In this document: piece by piece, positions 63,288 to 64,000 of the stretch
How the letters are laid out: the number at the start of each line of letters is the position of its first letter
Numbering within the stretch: the stretch's first letter is position 1
DNA from: Candidatus Parcubacteria bacterium
GTDB lineage: Bacteria; Patescibacteriota; Minisyncoccia; Minisyncoccales; JAGMDC01
Length of the DNA: 64,000 bases
Direction of reading: 5' to 3'
Assembly: GCA_023131895.1 (NCBI GenBank)
Contig: JAGLYZ010000002.1
Coordinates: forward strand, 43,364 to 107,363
Program-made: the position numbers and the translations under genes
The notes under the pieces: generated by a model
What the model was told of the DNA's origin: nothing
Seen by the model: the letters and a program-made list of their open reading frames with translations, nothing else
Databases searched by the model: none

Positions 63288-63294
63288 ATAAAAT

Positions 63295-64000
63295 TTAAAA
63301 ATTATTTAATACTATTCCGCGCTTTTCCGCTCCTTCAGCATAATGCTTTTTGATTTCTGCAGAACTTAACGCTTCTTTATAAATCCTGACCTCGTCGATT
63401 GTGCCCTTAAACTTCCAATGGAACTGAGGATCCCTTCCAATATTTAAATTACGAGATGAAGTTCCAATAGGACCATTGAACGTCACAACATTCGGCGCTT
63501 GAATACTATCTATATACATTTTCTCTGTTTTTGAATCTATGTCCCATGTAAGGACAATATGATGCCATGCATTTTTACTAGGTGCGGGGTTTCTAAGTAT
63601 TGGCTGATGACAACCCTTACTTAATCTTGCTACTATTTCTGGATCAAACCAAGATAGATAATATCCATTTCCACACATATGCCATCCACCATTACTAAGA
63701 ATAACACCATTGCCATTGTAATAAACCCACGCCTCAATTGTGAGTGCATTAGTGATATCTAAACTTTCGTGGCTTCCGCAATCAACATAAGCACTGCCAT
63801 CAAAGAATAAAGAATCTCCTAAAACATTATTGTGGCTAACCTCTAACTGTCTTGCAGTGCCGTAATTTTCACAATGATTTCCATTTCCTGAAGAATCGCA
63901 GAAGTCGTTTCCGCCAGCATCAGGATTAGCGTTTGTGCAAGTATTATCTATCCCTTCATTAAAATTCCAAACACCTACTGCATAAGCTCCAAAGCCATGG
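63295..64000 (-). CDS. LamG/concanavalin-A-like lectin domain protein, 5' end beyond window
   Basis: Open frame continues upstream of the listed Met to the window end (...ALTIEAWVYYNGNGVILSNGGWHMCGNGYY...). Motifs WHHIVLTWD, YIDS, IDEVRIYKEALSSAEI typical of LamG jelly-roll. Confidence 0.6.
   Translation of the reverse strand, partial: HGFGAYAVGVWNFNEGIDNTCTNANPDAGGNDFCDSSGNGNHCENYGTARQLEVSHNNVLGDSLFFDGSAYVDCGSHESLDITNALTIEAWVYYNGNGVILSNGGWHMCGNGYYLSWFDPEIVARLSKGCHQPILRNPAPSKNAWHHIVLTWDIDSKTEKMYIDSIQAPNVVTFNGPIGTSSRNLNIGRDPQFHWKFKGTIDEVRIYKEALSSAEIKKHYAEGAEKRGIVLNNF

Noticed and set aside
1-64000. Possibility that the whole contig is archaeal (DPANN-like), which would make the TFB gene ordinary
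   Set aside because: The window carries many bacteria-specific genes: greA, efp, dnaB, dnaX, recR, xseAB, typA, mraZ-rsmH-ftsL-ftsI, murC, rplU (bL21). It also has bacterial tRNA-Gln identity elements (U1:A72, G73) and sigma70-like promoters, so the TFB gene is the outlier, not the context.

Overview
Window from a low-GC (~30%), compactly organised bacterial genome with Candidate Phyla Radiation / Patescibacteria-like features: small proteins, frequent absence of Shine-Dalgarno sites, many lysine/glutamate-rich proteins. Bacterial housekeeping genes anchor the window: murC, greA, efp, xseAB, typA, a DEAD-box helicase, dnaX, cysK, cysS, dnaB, recR, rplU, rmuC, the dcw block mraZ-rsmH-ftsL-ftsI, a ClpB-like ATPase, two tRNAs (Gln-TTG, Glu-CTC) and a truncated ABC exporter. 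Several accessory stretches sit between them. (1) A GC-rich (~45-50%) monocistronic gene encodes an unmistakable archaeal/eukaryotic-type transcription factor TFB/TFIIB. It has a bacterial sigma70-like promoter and an intrinsic terminator, and is followed by a complete AmmeMemoRadiSam (amrS-amrB-amrA) cluster. (2) A defence-island-like block (about 24.0-31.7 kb) sits next to tRNA-Gln and is bounded by copies of a 38-bp palindromic repeat. It encodes DUF2188, a Zn-phospholipase-C/S1-P1-like protein, an SF1 UvrD-like helicase and a 785-aa GHKL (Bergerat-fold) ATPase. It does not match a defence system I can name. (3) An accessory block (about 40.2-49.1 kb) carries a VirD4/TraG-like coupling ATPase surrounded by effector-like genes: a class-II Fic AMPylase, an HExxH metalloprotease-like protein and several E/K-rich proteins sharing an N-terminal 'PKIEY' motif. 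It ends in a REP-associated tyrosine transposase (RAYT) flanked by REP-like palindromes. (4) A Ca2+ handling cluster holds two tandem CaCA exchangers and a P-type ATPase with an atypical DKTLTLT phosphorylation motif. Recurring non-coding signals include a TGTGGATAACT (DnaA-box-like) 11-mer at five loci, clustered upstream of mraZ; tandem 8-bp (R)AATGYT repeats at two loci; a perfect 31-bp palindrome upstream of the island next to tRNA-Gln; and a cysK leader with a 5-codon upstream ORF ending in Cys and two SD-sequestering hairpins. Coordinates of hand-located non-ORF features are approximate (+/- 2 nt).
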